Source: Octopus vulgaris
Taxonomy: Eukaryota
NCBI GenBank assembly: GCA_951406725.2
Contig: OX597817.1
Coordinates: 158,720,001-158,784,000 of the forward strand
Direction: 5' to 3'
DNA: 64,000 nucleotides
Positions 63,906-64,000 of the stretch are shown here, in pieces. Each line of letters starts with the position of its first letter. Within the stretch, counting starts at the first letter, position 1. The notes under the pieces were generated by a model, which was not told the DNA's origin, did no database searches, and saw only the letters and a program-made list of their open reading frames with translations. The translations under genes and the position numbers were made by a program.

Positions 63906-64000
63906 TTAATCCTTTAGCATTTAAACCAACCATATCCGGTCAAAATATTCTACCTGCTTTATGGTCAAACTGGTTGTACAATGTCATTCTAAAAATAAAC
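63906..64000 (-). mobile_element. piggyBac-type MITE, family 1 (partial, at window edge)
   Basis: TTAATCCTTTAGCATTTAAACC matches the family end. Confidence 0.7.

Noticed and set aside
1-64000. Window-wide enrichment of TEAD motifs
   Set aside because: A rough hand count is close to chance expectation for this base composition.

Overview
AT-rich, microsatellite- and transposon-dense eukaryotic DNA; the SINE repertoire suggests an octopod cephalopod (Octopus; inference). One host gene is supported: the 5' end of a minus-strand FERM-domain gene of the FRMD6/FRMD1/Expanded type. Its start-codon exon is 19345-19191 (CDS 19283-19191) and its next exon is 91 nt (7123-7033). Spliced they read MSLLNGSGSPKKRKVVQVILLSGAEFKTYVD|VKAKFHEVFNAVVIQLGLRETEYFGLSLLK. 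The rest is intronic or upstream: four SINE-like families, two piggyBac-type (TTAA) MITE families, non-autonomous Helitrons, Tc1/mariner and hAT MITEs, and relics of pogo/Tigger, hAT, RTE and Penelope-like elements (PLEs). The most notable signal is a PLE-linked set. It includes a TSD-bounded PLE 3' end carrying a tRNA-like Pol III cassette, a degenerate minimal hammerhead ribozyme and an inverted terminal duplication (52181-52658). Several unrelated short inserts, including a (GAT)n-tailed SINE-like family, share the same inverted-duplication architecture, which suggests non-autonomous elements mobilised by PLE machinery. Nearly all ORFs in the supplied track are repeat-derived noise. Family assignments are by eye, not by database search.
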